A stretch of 64,000 nucleotides of DNA from the NCBI RefSeq assembly GCF_026210795.1, contig NC_089435.1, forward strand, positions 4,216,001 to 4,280,000, written 5' to 3'. The first letter of the stretch is position 1; the number at the start of each line of letters is the position of its first letter. The notes beneath the pieces are model-generated. The model had not been told where the DNA came from. It made no database searches and saw nothing but the letters and a program-made list of their open reading frames with translations. The position numbers and the translations under genes are program-made. Shown piece by piece: positions 12,266 to 25,388 of this stretch. Source of the DNA: Rhizophagus irregularis (taxonomy: Eukaryota).

Positions 12266-13720
12266 ATACTTGAAATAGTATCTAATATAATAATTATATT
12301 ATTTAGAAATTAAATATGCAAATATTTATTTATTTATTTTTGTAAAGAAAAAATCTTAACGTATTTATATTTTTAGCATTACGCTTAGTCTTAAAGACAC
12401 AACATTGTTAGGTTAATGCACAAACAACGGATCATACCATTTCAGAAATTATTTGAATTACCATGCCGGCCAAGTTTTGATAATGTGGGCCAAAATTTGT
12501 TATAATGCGGGTCATGTTGCTATTTTCGGGCAAATACGGTATTTACATTTTTATTTGTACAAATTCATTGACACCTTCTATGTGATATACTGTAAACTAC
12601 GTTATTAAGGAATTTTTTTTCCATCAACCAATTTAAAATATTATTCAAAATTATTCGTTTTGCTTAAAACAAACAACTTACCAAACTGTAATACCACCGC
12701 GAATTTCTTCAAATTACAAAATTACAAATTTACAATTACAATGCAACATCGTTCCGTGATAAGAAATATTAAATTAACGAATGTAAATACAATGTAAATG
12801 ACTTTATTACGTAATTGAATAGATATCAACATAACTCAATTAAAAGAAATAACAAAATCGTGCTGCCTCAGCCAACGATCTCGTTATCTAGATTCTTGAG
12901 CTCTCCTCGTATATAATTAAATAATCCTAGGAACAAATGTTACTTTTTACTACAACTGTTCTAATGTATAAGTTATCTAAAGTATAATAGGTCATACTTC
13001 AAATAACAGACTCTTTCTTCGCCACTCGGATCTTGATCATCATTTGAATTAGAATGTATTTTTAGTAATCCAAAAATTTTAACCACATCAAGTAGATAAT
13101 CTGAATACTAACCTTAAGGTTTCCATGGATTCAATGGCTAATAAATATGCCGTGTCACATTACAAACCAATTAAAATTAAGAAGGTCTAATTCGAGTCAA
13201 GGTTAAGGACGCTCTTACTACTTATACTTTTACAGAAATCTCATTATTTTAAACGATATCATTTTGATATCATTATGATATCGTCACAATATAGCTATAT
13301 ACAATATCAAAATTATATTGAATAATATAATTTTTTATAGGGCTCAAAACCCGACCCGACTTGACCCCTTCGGAACACTTTGTATGTTTGTATGCAATAT
13401 ACTCTTTAAAAATCATGCAATGATCCTATAATCGCGTAGATAAATAATTATTATGCTGGGTCCCCCAAAAGGTTATTGCAACCAGCCTTAAGGTCTTCTC
13501 TTCCGCTCTTATCTCCAGTCTAGTACAAACGAACCCTCACCGGCTCAACCTGTGCCAATTATTCACTCGCCAGTGCTCTTTCTTCAAACTGAAGACTTTA
13601 TTAGTCATACAACAAAAGTGATTATGTGAAGAAATAAAATTTAAATCTTTAAGGACTGAGTTAATCACTACTTACAGAAACCTTAACTATTTATTAATAG
13701 GTTCGGATCGATTAGAAATA

Positions 13721-13918
13721 CAGTCAGACCTCTATAATTGCACTCTCCATAATTGCACCCACTATGTATACCCTCTCTAAATGCACCCTCTGGTTCGGTC
13801 CCAAGCTCATATGATCTCTAATTATTTTACCTCTATAAATGCACACCCTCTTTAAATGCACTATTTTGAAAATTATGCATATGGTCCCAAGGGGTGTGCA
13901 ATTATGGAGGTCTGACTG
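13721..13918. mobile_element. Tc1/pogo-type MITE (198 bp)
   Basis: TIR cagtcagacctc(t/c)ataattgcac at both ends; TA on both flanks (13719-20, 13919-20); internal tgcaccc repeats. Confidence 0.85.
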
Positions 13919-13954
13919 TAACTAATTTTTTATATCACAATTATTCACAATAAT

Positions 13955-14402
13955 AGTAATTAGCAGCGTATAAAATATATTCTAAAATTGCCGGATTTTC
14001 TGAAAGATTCCTTGTAAAACCGGAAAGATTTTTAGATTCCAGAATTTTTTTTTGGATATGCCATATTAGATTTCCGGGAAATTTTATTAGTACCGGAATA
14101 TATTCAGTGAAATCCTTTTTTTTACAGCTGTTTGCAAAATAACGGACCACCTAATTCGATTTTCGACTGCGTATGAAATTTACGCAGTCATACACACATA
14201 GTAAACTGCTAGAATTATGTGATATAACTGCGGATAACTGCATATGAAAAATTCAAAAAATGAGTTTGACAGTCCGGGCAGATATTACCATGCGTATGAC
14301 TGCGTATGTATGTAGTCGAAAAATGAAAAGCAAATCCGGAATTTTCAATTTGGATTTTTTCCGGTATTTTTTTAGAGATTTTTTACACGCTGGTGATTAG
14401 TA
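13955..14402. mobile_element. decayed non-autonomous TIR element (~445 bp)
   Basis: Left agtaattagcagcgtataaaa...ccgga versus reverse complement of the right end, actaatcaccagcgtgtaaaaa...ccgga. Internal ccgga and actgcgtatg repeats. Confidence 0.45.
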
Positions 14403-14886
14403 AAATAAAATGCAGAGGTTTTAACAATATGTGACTATGTCTCAACTCTCAAAGTGAATAGATTACTCGGACAAAATTCAGTTTTATAATAATGCTGGTC
14501 GAATTAACTGTCAAAAGAATTTTTTGGTTGATTTAATAAAGCTTTACTTGGTTTATTAACAAGCATCCTTTTTTAAATAATCTGCTTATTTTAATAACTT
14601 TATTCATGAGTTTAAAGAATAAATTTATTGTTGGTCATTCACTTGATAATGAATTTTATCTTTGAAAAGATAATTGGAAACATTATATATTATGTAATTT
14701 TGAAATTGTGAACAGTAATATATATATTAAGATGAAAACCAAATACTGTATTTTGTTGGTCATAACTTATTATTTAAAATTTTTTTAATTATATATTGAT
14801 ATTTGTCAAAAATATTATTAAAATTAAAAATCAAAGGTAAAATTCTTGTTACTTGAAAGCATACTTAATTCTTAATGATATTAATC

Positions 14887-17685
14887 CTAATCTTGTTTTT
14901 CATTATTTTTTGTAATATTATTATTATTAAGATTTTCTCCTCTGACCGCTTGAATAATTTCATTTTTCAAATTTTGGCTGATTTCTTGTTTGACAGCTTG
15001 AAGCATTTCATCCTTAAAAAGTTGTAATAATAATCTGTCATGATTGGATGTTGAAATTACTTCTTGCTGATTATGATTACTAGTAACTAATGCTGAGGTT
15101 GGAATTCTTGGTTCATGATTAGTTGTAGATTCATATTCGAGCGTTTGCCCATTTGTTGGAATTAGTACTGGTTCATGGTTGGTTGTATTACCATTTTCGT
15201 ATGTTAAACTGATTTCTTTTTCATGATAACCATTATCTTCATTAATAACTAGAGTTGGAATTAATATTGGTTCATGATTAGTGGTATTTTCATTTTTGGA
15301 TGTTTCCATGATTTCTCGTCCATGATGATCATTATTCTTATTAATTACTGAAGCCGGAATTATTGTTGGTTCATGATTAATTGTATTTTCATTGTTGGGT
15401 GTTATAATTTCTTGTTCATGATAATCCTCATTAATTACTGAAGCCGGAATTATTGTTGGTTCATGGTTAATTGTATTTTTGTTGTTGGGTGTTTCCATAA
15501 TTTCTTGTTCATGATAATCATCCTCATTAATTACTGAAGCCGGAATTATTGTTGGTTCATGATTAATTGTATTTTCGTTGTTGGGTGTTTCCATAATTTC
15601 TCGTTCATGATAATCATTATTCTCATTAATTACTGGAACTGGAATTATTGTTGGTTCATGATTAATTGTATTTTCGTTTTTTGATATTACCATAATTTCT
15701 TGTCCATGATAATCATTATTTTCATTAATTACTGGAACTGGAATTATTATTTGTTCATTATTAATTGTATTTTCATTTTTGGATATTTCCATAATTTCTC
15801 GTCCATGATAATCAATATTCTCATTAATTACTGGAACTGGAATTATTGTTGGTTCATGGTTAATGGTTTTTTCATTTAAAGGTACTTGAATAATTTCTTG
15901 CTCATTATTATTGACTTTTTCAATAGGAATTTCTATTTCTTCTTGACCAAAATTATCTTTCCCATGATTAGTTTTTTGTTTCTTCCTATTTTTATTCCAT
16001 TTATATATAAAGAAACTTCCAACTAATAAGAAAATACCACTTACCAAGAACCCCACAATTGTACCAATTGATGTTTGTGATGATGAAGGTAATGGTAAGT
16101 AAGGAGAAGGTGATGTGGTTATTGATGTTTGTGATGATGAAGGTAATGATGTTGTTGATGATGAAGGCAGTGATGAATTCGATGATGATGATGGTATAAT
16201 AACATTTGGTTTTGGAGGATCAAATATTGTTGTCCATATATATTCTTCATTATTACTAATATCAAGTAATAATATATCACTTTCAACTGATTTATCATAA
16301 CCATGTCCTATTAAAGTTGATTGATTTTGGTTAAAATAATTAATTTGTTTAAACCATAGTATATAGAATATTATATTCACCAAATGATATAACCATATAT
16401 TTCCCAATAACATTTGCTTGATGCCTGGCTCTTGGTTCTGGAATATTTCCACTAGTTTTTGGAATATACCAATTAAAATTTGTCAAATCTAATACATAAA
16501 GTGAATTGTCTAAATATCCAGGATCATTGAAGTAACCTCCATAAATTATGACTTTTTGACCATCTAAACCTGTTAAAAACATTATTAATTGATTTATAAT
16601 TAATAATTAATATTTTCATTATTAATAATTATAGAATTATTATTTAATTGCATACCAAGGACAGCAGAAAAACTGCCTCTATTAGAAGGGATATTTCCTG
16701 TTGTTTTCTGAATTACAGTTAATAAAGTTAATTCACAAATTAAATATTTTCACTACTATAATAATTTATATAACCTACTTCTGTATTCCAGCTATCATTA
16801 ATTATATCATAAATGTAGACCTATAGTAATTATAGATAATTTTCTTCATTAAAAATAAATTCCTGTGCAATTATGTAATTTATAGTTGCAAAATTTTACC
16901 TCATTTAATGTTATAGTGAGACGATTTTCATGAATAAGCAAAGTTTTAGGATCATATGAAAGAGTAATATCATCATTACCACCTAAGTAATAAATGCTCA
17001 TTAATAAAATAATAAATAAAACATAATTAATAAACAATTGAAAATTATAAAACTATTCACTTACCCATATAAATAATCTTATTGTCGGGTAATAAAGCGA
17101 ACTTCTCGGAGTTGGTGCATTAACTAAACTTCCCTTTTCCCAATTAAGATTTACCGTATCTAAAATAGTCATATCATTTGCATAAGCTTTTCTACTAGAA
17201 TATCCACCAAATAAATATAACTTTTCATTAGGAGCCAAAATGCCTTTTAAAACAACTTGCGCAATAGCAACAACTCCGGCTATTTTTGGAATACTCCATG
17301 AACTAGTTCGTGTGTTAAATGTGTAAACCAATGCCATTGTTTTATCAGGTCTAAAGCCTCCGTATAAAAATATTGTATCATTATTTGCAACTGATGTTGC
17401 AGAACTATGTGGTGGAAGCATATTAATATTTGTTAAGTCTTTCCATAATAAATTTTGTGTATTAAATGGAACAGAAACATCAAGATAAAAAAATTCTTTT
17501 CCGACATAATTTTCCTTTATATTGAGACCACCCAAAATATACAATTTATTATCAATAAATGTAGCAGTATGATCGAATGATACACTTGGCTTAATAGGTG
17601 CCATTTGACAATTTACTTCAATTATAATCACTTGAAGTAAGATCCATAATATAATAAAATTATTAACTAAGGAATTTTTTGACAT
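14887..17685 (-). pseudogene. Kelch-TM paralog K3 with a long repeat tail (~805 aa if repaired); 10-nt deletion frameshift at the end of exon 1
   Basis: Exons 17685-17065, 16982-16900, 16820-16779, 16707-16656, 16569-16381, 16307-14887, same intron positions as K1. K1 has 18 nt between CCG AGA and TTA TTG CCC; K3 has 8 nt (AGTTCGCT, ~17096-17103). All downstream exons are open. Could be a recent pseudogene or an assembly error. Confidence 0.75.
15050..15885 (-). repeat. coding tandem repeat, ~9 x ~99 bp (33 aa: NENTINHEPTIIPxxVINENxDYHxxEIMExxK)
   Basis: Units can be read directly in ORF 14887..16452; the last two units are degenerate. Confidence 0.9.
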
Positions 17686-19249
17686 GATACTGTATGTTTT
17701 ATTTAATTCCTTAATGTGCTAGAAATAAATATTTGAAGGAAAATATTCATTCACCTTATTTTTTAAAAAAAATCTTGCTGTATTTATGTTTTTAGCGTTA
17801 CGTCTAGTAATTACCAATAAAATATTTATTGCTTAGTTACATAGAACGGTACACACCGAAAATTTTTTAAAGGTTATACAAATGTATTAAACATCGCTTC
17901 CATTGCATGTGACTTAAACTACAAGAATTAAGTTTAATAAGTTACGTTCTTTTTTTCATTTACCAGTAATATTTGCCCCGGCTTTACAATTACGATTTAA
18001 ATAAAGCTTGTTATCAACACGTATGGTTAACGTAAAAAATTTTACCATTCGTATGTTGGAATTTATTTATCAGAGATGGACGGATAAAAATATCTTTATT
18101 TTAAAATTTCTATATCAAGTAATATTATAATGCCTATTTTACTTGATAGTAATTAGTTCAATCATCTTGATCAACAAACAAACAAATCCGCTCACTCTGA
18201 TCCTGTTTGCCTTGTATTACATATAAATTTAATGCATAAGCTTTTGTTACGCTAATTTATTTTTTAATTTGTAAAATATTTTATTGAATAGTCAAAGCAT
18301 GTTTTATTATTATGTTAATGATTAGAACAAATAAATCAATTAGTGAAAAACAAATATGAATTAACTTTTATTTAGTTTTGCAATTTCACATGACGATCAA
18401 CACTTGCTAGCTAGTAATATTGTCACGTGATAATAAATTTATCGCGTTGATATATTAAAGTAAAATATTTTTATACAACAACCTGTACAATACTTGAAGC
18501 AAATTGGTCTATTACTTCTATCATACTATCCCTCATATAAAGAAAAACTTTTATGATACAATTTTTTTGCTCTTAAAATTCTAAATATTTTAAGTATACT
18601 ACAACTTTGGACAAATTATACTAATAGTTCTTCTTAGTTTTTCCATGCTGTTTAACGAACCAGACCTTAATAATTATATACAATGGTTGTTGTATAGTAA
18701 GTACTTGGACTAAATTTCTACAAAAAGCTTTTCACTATTAGTACAAATTTTAATCATAAATTTTCAAACTTTACATAGTAAAAAACCTATAAAAACCTCT
18801 CGTTACTGTTATTAAGAGAAGCCTAACCTAAAGTCGGATCTGTTTAAACTGAAACCGAATCTTGGTTGAGAAAAGACTGTTGAACTTTCTTAACCGGTTA
18901 AGGTATCTCAAAAATAAATTATCAATTAACTGGCCAAATTATTTCAATGCGGCTCAGAGACGTGAAATTTCTGTCATGTTCTCCATAATAATCATTATAC
19001 TATTAACAAAATTCGTTTGTTAAAGTTTAAGATTATCCTTACATCTAAATATACGAATAAAAACAATTTACTCGATTAATTAATCGGTCTTGGTTAATCA
19101 GTTCTTGATCGGTTAAAGCTTTTTTTAGTCGATTCCAATCTTTAGTCATAATAACTATAATAATTTTCCAAAACTTCTGAAATTCATATATTAACTGATT
19201 AATTAATCGATTATTATTAGTTGGTCAATCGATTATTAATCGGTTAAGG

Positions 19250-21336
19250 TTTTGGATATTTCCATAATTTCTTGTCCATGATAATTAATATTCTCAGTAA
19301 TTACTGGACTGGAATTATTGTTGGTTCTGGTTAATGGTTTTTTCATTTAAAGGTACTTGAATAATTTCTTGCCTCATTATTATTAACTTTTTCAGTAGGA
19401 ATTACTATCTCTTGACCAAAATCATCTTTCCCACGATTAGTTTTTGTTTCTTCTTATTTTTATTCCGTTTATAGTATATAAAGAAACTTCCAACTAATAA
19501 GTAAGTTATTGGTGGAGGTAATGATGAAGATAATGATGTGATGATGAAGTCAGTGATGAATTTGACGATGATGATGGTGGTATAATAACGTTTGAGTCTG
19601 GAGGATCAAATATTGTTATCCATATATATTCTTCATTATTACTAATATCAAGTAATAATATATCACTTTCAACTGATTTATCACAACCACGTCCTATTAA
19701 AGTTGATCGATTTTGGTTAAAACTGAATAATTAATTTGTTTAAACCATAGTATATAGAATATTATATTTATCAAATGACATAACCATATATTTTTCAATA
19801 ACATTTGAATATTTCCAGTAGTTTTTGGAATATACCAATTAAAAATTGTCAAATCTAATACATAAAGTGAATTGTCTAAATATCCAGGATCATTAAAGTA
19901 ACCTCTATAAATTATGATTCTTTGGCCATCTAAACCCGTTAAATTTATTATTGAATAATTAATAATCAATATTTCATTATTAATATAAATCATAGGATTC
20001 TTATTTAATTACATTGAAATATCACCTCTATTAGAAGGAATTTTCACTCTTGTTTTCTGAAATTCAGTTAATAAAGTTAATTCGCAATTTAAAATAATTT
20101 GATAACTTACCACAGTCGGTATTCCAACTATCATTAATTATATCATAAATATAGACCTATAATTATAAAATAGTTTTCTTCATTAAAAATTACTTTGTCT
20201 TGATATACTATATTTACAAAATTTACCTCATTTAATGTTATAATGAGACGATTTTCATGAACTTTCAAAGTTTTAGGATCATATGAAAGAGTAGCGTTGT
20301 TATAACCACCTAGTAAATAATAAATGTTCATTAGTAGATAAATGAAGCACGTGCAAAATGTAAATAATTTACAAAATTACTCGCTTACCTATATCAAATA
20401 ATCTTATTGTTGGGCAATAAATAAGGATGGACATCGGCTCTAAAAGACCGTGGTCCTACGGTCTTTTTACACCCTAAAAAGACGGACCGGTTGGTGTAGG
20501 ACTGCGGTCTTTTGATCCTGTATCGCATACTTATTAAGGACCGCAATACTGTATTTTTAAGACCGATTGGTCTTTTTCTTTATAAAAAAAATTTTTTAAC
20601 TTCAAATTTAATATAAAAATCATTTATTATATGAAGACCGGTATGAGGACTGGTCAGTCCTCGGGACCGGTCCTAAAAAAAATGTAAGACCGCGGTCCGG
20701 TCCTACAAGTCCTGGGACCGAGTAGGACCGGTAAGTCCGATGTCCATCCTTAGCTAATAATAAAGCAGCACCATATTGAGCTCTCAAAGTCGGTGCGTTA
20801 ACTAAATTACCATCCAAATAAGCATATCATTCATAAAATCCTTATCGATACGTCCGCCCCATAAAAAAAAATTTCATTATAGTCCATAACTCCTGTTAAT
20901 TCATATTTCTTAATAGTATCAGCTTCACCTATTTTTGGAATACTCCATAAATTAGTTTTGAGTATTAAATGTGTAAACCGATTCCATTGTTTTATCAGAT
21001 GCATATAAATAGTGTATCATTATTTGCGCCTCCTTTAGCCGATGTTTAAAACTAGTATGTGATGGAAGCATATTAATATTTGTCAACTAAAGTCTTTCCA
21101 TAATAAATTTTGTGTATTAAATGGAAATGGAACAGAAACATCAAGATAAAAAAATTCTTTCTGACAGAATATTTCTTTAAATTAAGACCACCCAAAATAT
21201 ACAATTTATTTTTAACAAATGTAGCAGTGTGACCGAATACTACAATTGGCTTAGAAGGTGCCAATTGACTATTCACTTCAACTACTATTTGAAGTAAAAT
21301 CCATAATATAAAATTAACTAAGGTATTTTTTGACAT
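19250..21336 (-). pseudogene. Kelch-TM paralog K4 pseudogene (frameshifts, MITE insertion, tail truncated)
   Basis: Same exon layout as K3 (MSKNTLVNFILWILLQIVVEVNSQ...; GLDGQRIIIYRGYFNDPGYLDNSLYVLDL). Several indels, TM segment partly deleted near 19500, MITE at 20422-20752. Homology stops after about one tail repeat at ~19250, next to a ttaatcgg-rich segment. Confidence 0.85.
20422..20752. mobile_element. hAT-like MITE inserted in K4 exon 1
   Basis: 16-bp TIR taaggatggacatcgg / ccgatgtccatcctta; many subterminal gaccg/cggtc repeats; flanks gcaataaa and gctaataa(taaa) resemble an imperfect 8-bp TSD. Interrupts the YGAALL|PNNKI coding sequence. Confidence 0.85.
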
Positions 21337-21774
21337 GATATATTTTATTTAATGTTTTAACGTGCTAGAAATAAATATTTGAAGGAAAATCTTGCCATAT
21401 TTATGTTTTTAGCGTTACGTTTAGTAATTACTAGCAAAAGATTTATTGCATGGTTACATTGATCGAACATTTATTCAAATATATATTATTTACTCACAGA
21501 TGTATTAACATAATGCGAGTTAATGACGGACTGTATATTATTAAATTTGATAATTGAAATTGATGTTTTTTCCACTAACCAATAATATTATCGCGAATTT
21601 TAAATTAACGATTTTGATAAACGAATAATTAACAATATGCGGTGTAATAAACAAACATTCTCCTGTAAACATGCAAGCATGCATTTGAAATTCGTTCAAC
21701 TAAGCTGCTTTAAGTAAGTAATTCGATTGCAGACTTTCGTGCTCTAAGATTTCAAGTCAGAATTATTTTTCATG

Positions 21775-22293
21775 GTTACGGTACGTTTCACCGAAATCTA
21801 AACCAATTTCACTGAAGCCATTTTGCCGAAATAAGATTTCGCCGAAGGGGCATTTCACTGAATTGAAATTTTGCCGAATAGAAGGTCCATTCCGCCCAAA
21901 ACTATCCAATTAATTAAGAAATCATTTTCAGCAAAATGAAGATTAATTTATTCGATCAATATCAGTTTTTTTTTTAAAAAAAAAGAAAAATAGAATAAAA
22001 TTAAGTTGTTTATTTTTTACGTAACAATTAATATAAGTCACTTGAATGTTAAAGTGATAATACTCTGAAAGAAAGTTATTTAATATAAAAGTAGTTTTAA
22101 AAGAATTTGTTCTTTAAAAATTTTTATTTTTATCGGCGCATTGATATTTTCTCGCTACTAGTTCGGTGAAATATCCATCCAGCGAAATGCTATTCGATGA
22201 AATGACACTTGACGGAATTTCACTTCAGTGAAACAACTTCGGTGATGAAATGGGTTTCAGTAAAATAGACTTCAGTGAAATAGGTAACGTATC
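21775..22293. mobile_element. non-autonomous foldback/MULE-like element with arrays of subterminal repeats
   Basis: Left arm has repeated tttcaccgaa/tttcactgaa/tttgccgaa; right arm has the inverted ttcggtgaaa/ttcagtgaaa repeats; AT-rich middle. Motif resembles catttcaccgac at 63446-63474. Confidence 0.65.
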
Positions 22294-22858
22294 ATGAATT
22301 TTTCCTGATAAGGCGAGATACTCGTAATTACAAAAGTGAAAAATGATTGACATGCAAATAATACGATATACTACTGTATTATTACTGTAAATTAACACAC
22401 TAATGGCTAAAAATAATTTCCATTTTGAATTTCTATATTAAGTAATATAATAATGAGATTGTTTGTGCATATCATTAAATTTGTTACCTTATTTTATGGA
22501 TGGCACGTGATTTAAACAAGATGTCTTAAAACAATTTAAATCAGTTTTTTTATTGCTTTAAAACGTTTTTTTGTTTTAAAACATTGATCGGCATGATTAT
22601 TTACGTAATTATATTTTAATCAATAAACAACCTTTAGTGATCTCTTTGCAAATCAGCTTTTTTAAAATTAGTAAGCACTTTGAAAAAGTTACAAAAATTG
22701 ACGGACGTGGTCGAAAAACACCTCGTCAAAAGTGTAATATTGTGGAAATGACATTATTGATTTAATTGATCGATTAAATCATTTGATGAAATGTGAAAGT
22801 CTTCCAGAAGATTTAAAATTATCGCTGTTTTCAGTTTAGTGCGATCATAGCGTAACAC

Positions 22859-23442
22859 CAGGACCCAGAAATATATATACAGGGGTAGGGTACACAGATG
22901 CGTCGCCATCATAGTGGAATTTTTTTTTTTTTTAAACCATCATAGTGGAATTAGACGGAGTAAAGTTTTGATTTGCGTACAATTTTAGAATTTTTCATCT
23001 ATAGTTAGGTCATCAAGATTGCGTATTTTTTATCAAAATTTTTATATGTAAAAATTAGTTTGCGTATTTTTGGCCTAAATTTGGCTAATCTTATATATAT
23101 AATATATTTACTGTACGTACTTATTTAATTAACTGCATTGTAATATTTAGTATTAATTGAAAGAAATTTCTAAAGGTTAAAAAGTGAAATTTTAGAAAAA
23201 TATTATTGAAACAAATGGTAAATTCTATTTTTTCACATTAGTATTTGGTTTTATAAATAATATAGAAGCCATGATAAAATAATTAATAACTTAATGTCTG
23301 AAATTTTATTTGCGTATTTTTGCAGGATTTTCAATATCAGGTGTCAATTATGCGTACTACTCATATAAAAAGTCTCTGCGTACAGCTCATAGTAAAAAAA
23401 TTTTTCGCCACCTGACCCCTATATATATATTTCTGGGTCCTG
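22859..23442. mobile_element. non-autonomous TIR element (hAT-like, ~584 bp)
   Basis: TIR caggacccagaaatatatata.aggggt at both ends. Direct repeat gtaacacc at 22852-22859 and 23442-23449, overlapping the TIR by 1 nt. Internal tgcgta repeats. Confidence 0.85.
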
Positions 23443-23829
23443 TAACACCCCTAAAAATAATCAATTTTTAAAAATTTGATTTTTTAAATAATCATCTAGA
23501 AAAGGGTTGATTACCTATGATTACCAGGGGAAATTTTGGAAAATTCCCAATTATTTGAGTAGTTTACTTATAAAAAACTATTATTGTTACACAAAGTTAA
23601 AAACTTGCTTATTAAGTAAACTACCCGAAAAATTGAGATTATTCTATAATTTCCACTGGTATTCACAGGTTATCCTCTATTTTCTAAATGATTTTTTAGA
23701 AAATCACAAAATTTTTGATAATCATATTTTTATAGGAGTGCTAGCTGTGATCGTACTAATTGAAAACAGCAATAATACATATTACAATAAAATGCTTAAA
23801 TTTTTATTGCAAATATGTATTACGTAATA

Positions 23830-23995
23830 AAGGCTAGTAAAATGCTTGAATGGTACCCATTCAAGGAATTTATAATTCCAATTCCATTTATTATCATTTG
23901 TCATAATCTTCTGGCTTGCACATTGTATCAATGATATCAGGATAACAGGATTTTCACTTGTCCATCCTTCCATTATTCTAAATGGGTCACACCTT
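23830..23995 (-). pseudogene. fragment of the pre-catalytic region of a tyrosine-kinase-like protein kinase
   Basis: RCDPFRIMEGWTSENP...LIQ...KFLEWVPFKHFT matches the WTSGN...IQ...LEWIPF..F segment that precedes the kinase domain in Glomeromycota TKL kinases. No kinase domain follows. Confidence 0.55.
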
Positions 23996-24089
23996 ATTTA
24001 TACAATGCATGCAGGTACCATTTATTTGATCGAAAATAAACAAGTAAAATAAGCTATGGCATTAGTGCCTTTGCCTTAATATATATATA

Positions 24090-24255
24090 CCATACCGCAC
24101 TGCTTAAGATACCTTCCTTTGAGAATACCGTCCAAAGACCGGATACAATATATATATATATATTGTAGAATTAGGCTAAATACCATAGGTTATTATATAA
24201 GTTTTAATCAAGTATTTTGTATTATACCCGGGGTATCTTAAGCAGTGCGGTACGG
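24090..24255. mobile_element. Tc1/pogo-type MITE (166 bp)
   Basis: 24-bp TIR cc(a/g)taccgcactgcttaagatacc with 1 mismatch; TA on both flanks. Confidence 0.85.
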
Positions 24256-25281
24256 TATACCTTATAAAAAATTATTCCGATAAAGGGCTCATTTTTCTAG
24301 AAAAACTTAAACGCGTGATTAGTTTTGTAAAAAAAAAAAATTTTTATGGCTTTAATGGTGAGTAGGAATCTAGACAAAATACTTGAGGCTTAAACAAATG
24401 TTGAAACTAAAATTAAAGCCGTATGGTGCAAAATTATACTTTCGGCTTGTAATTATTAATTAAAGAATTTAAAAGCAAAGTTGAACTTATACAACTGAAC
24501 CACTAAATTGTATATATATATTATTTTTTCTTAAACTAGTTGAAACATAATATTTGTGGTAATATCCAGTTATTTCAGTTGTTATAGTTGTTGTTATTAT
24601 AAAACTTATAATCTAATTTTATCTCATCATGAAATTTTTTAGGTAAATCAGTCCATGTAGTTCCACATGGATTGGTTCAGAAATATATGGAATTCCATAC
24701 ATTGCACCGTGCCAGTACACTAGGTCGGCCACGACCCCTCACTAATACATTTTATTAAAAAAAACGAAATAATTCCGATGATTGGGTTGATCAGATGACA
24801 AATCACAGATCAGTAACGTAATATAGTATCATGTGACTTTAATTTACTTACTTAGCCAATTTCCGTTACTTACTTTCTATATATTAGGTGTATCATTACA
24901 AAGATTATTAATTAGAAATCCGACGATTCTTTCTATTGAAAATATATCAATTTATTGTTCAAATCTTATTTTTTAAAAATAATAATTGATACTCGATTCC
25001 CATGTATCCATTCACAATGTAGTAAAGAAAATTACCTGAAGGGCGCTAAAGCGTACAGGGAAAATCATGATGATTTTTTGTACACCTTGTCTATTAATCA
25101 TCCTAGATTCCATCCTTCATGATTTTTTGAGGAAGGATCTACGCCGAAAATATCACGTGTATTGTCACAGGGTATTTGGAAAAGAGAATAACTGGGAAGG
25201 CATTCCTAGTAAAAGCTTCAAAACTGGATTGTACCAGCATTAACATAATTCCTTACCCAGTTAATTTTCCCCCGGTTAAGA

Positions 25282-25388
25282 CCCTATAAAAAAAAATTTT
25301 GGAAAAACTCCTGTAAATGATCATTTTTCTAGTTTTTATTAAGAAACTCAGACACGTGATCATGTTTCTGAAAAAATTTTTTATAGGG
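25282..25388. mobile_element. CCCTATA-family MITE (copy 2)
   Basis: ccctataaaaaa...ttttttataggg termini; internal tgatcat repeats. Confidence 0.75.

Noticed and set aside
14887..16452. ORF-track N-terminus MEIFQNQEPG... as a real protein start
   Set aside because: The ORF reads through exon 5 in the wrong frame and through intron 5; true coding in this frame begins at the acceptor at 16307.
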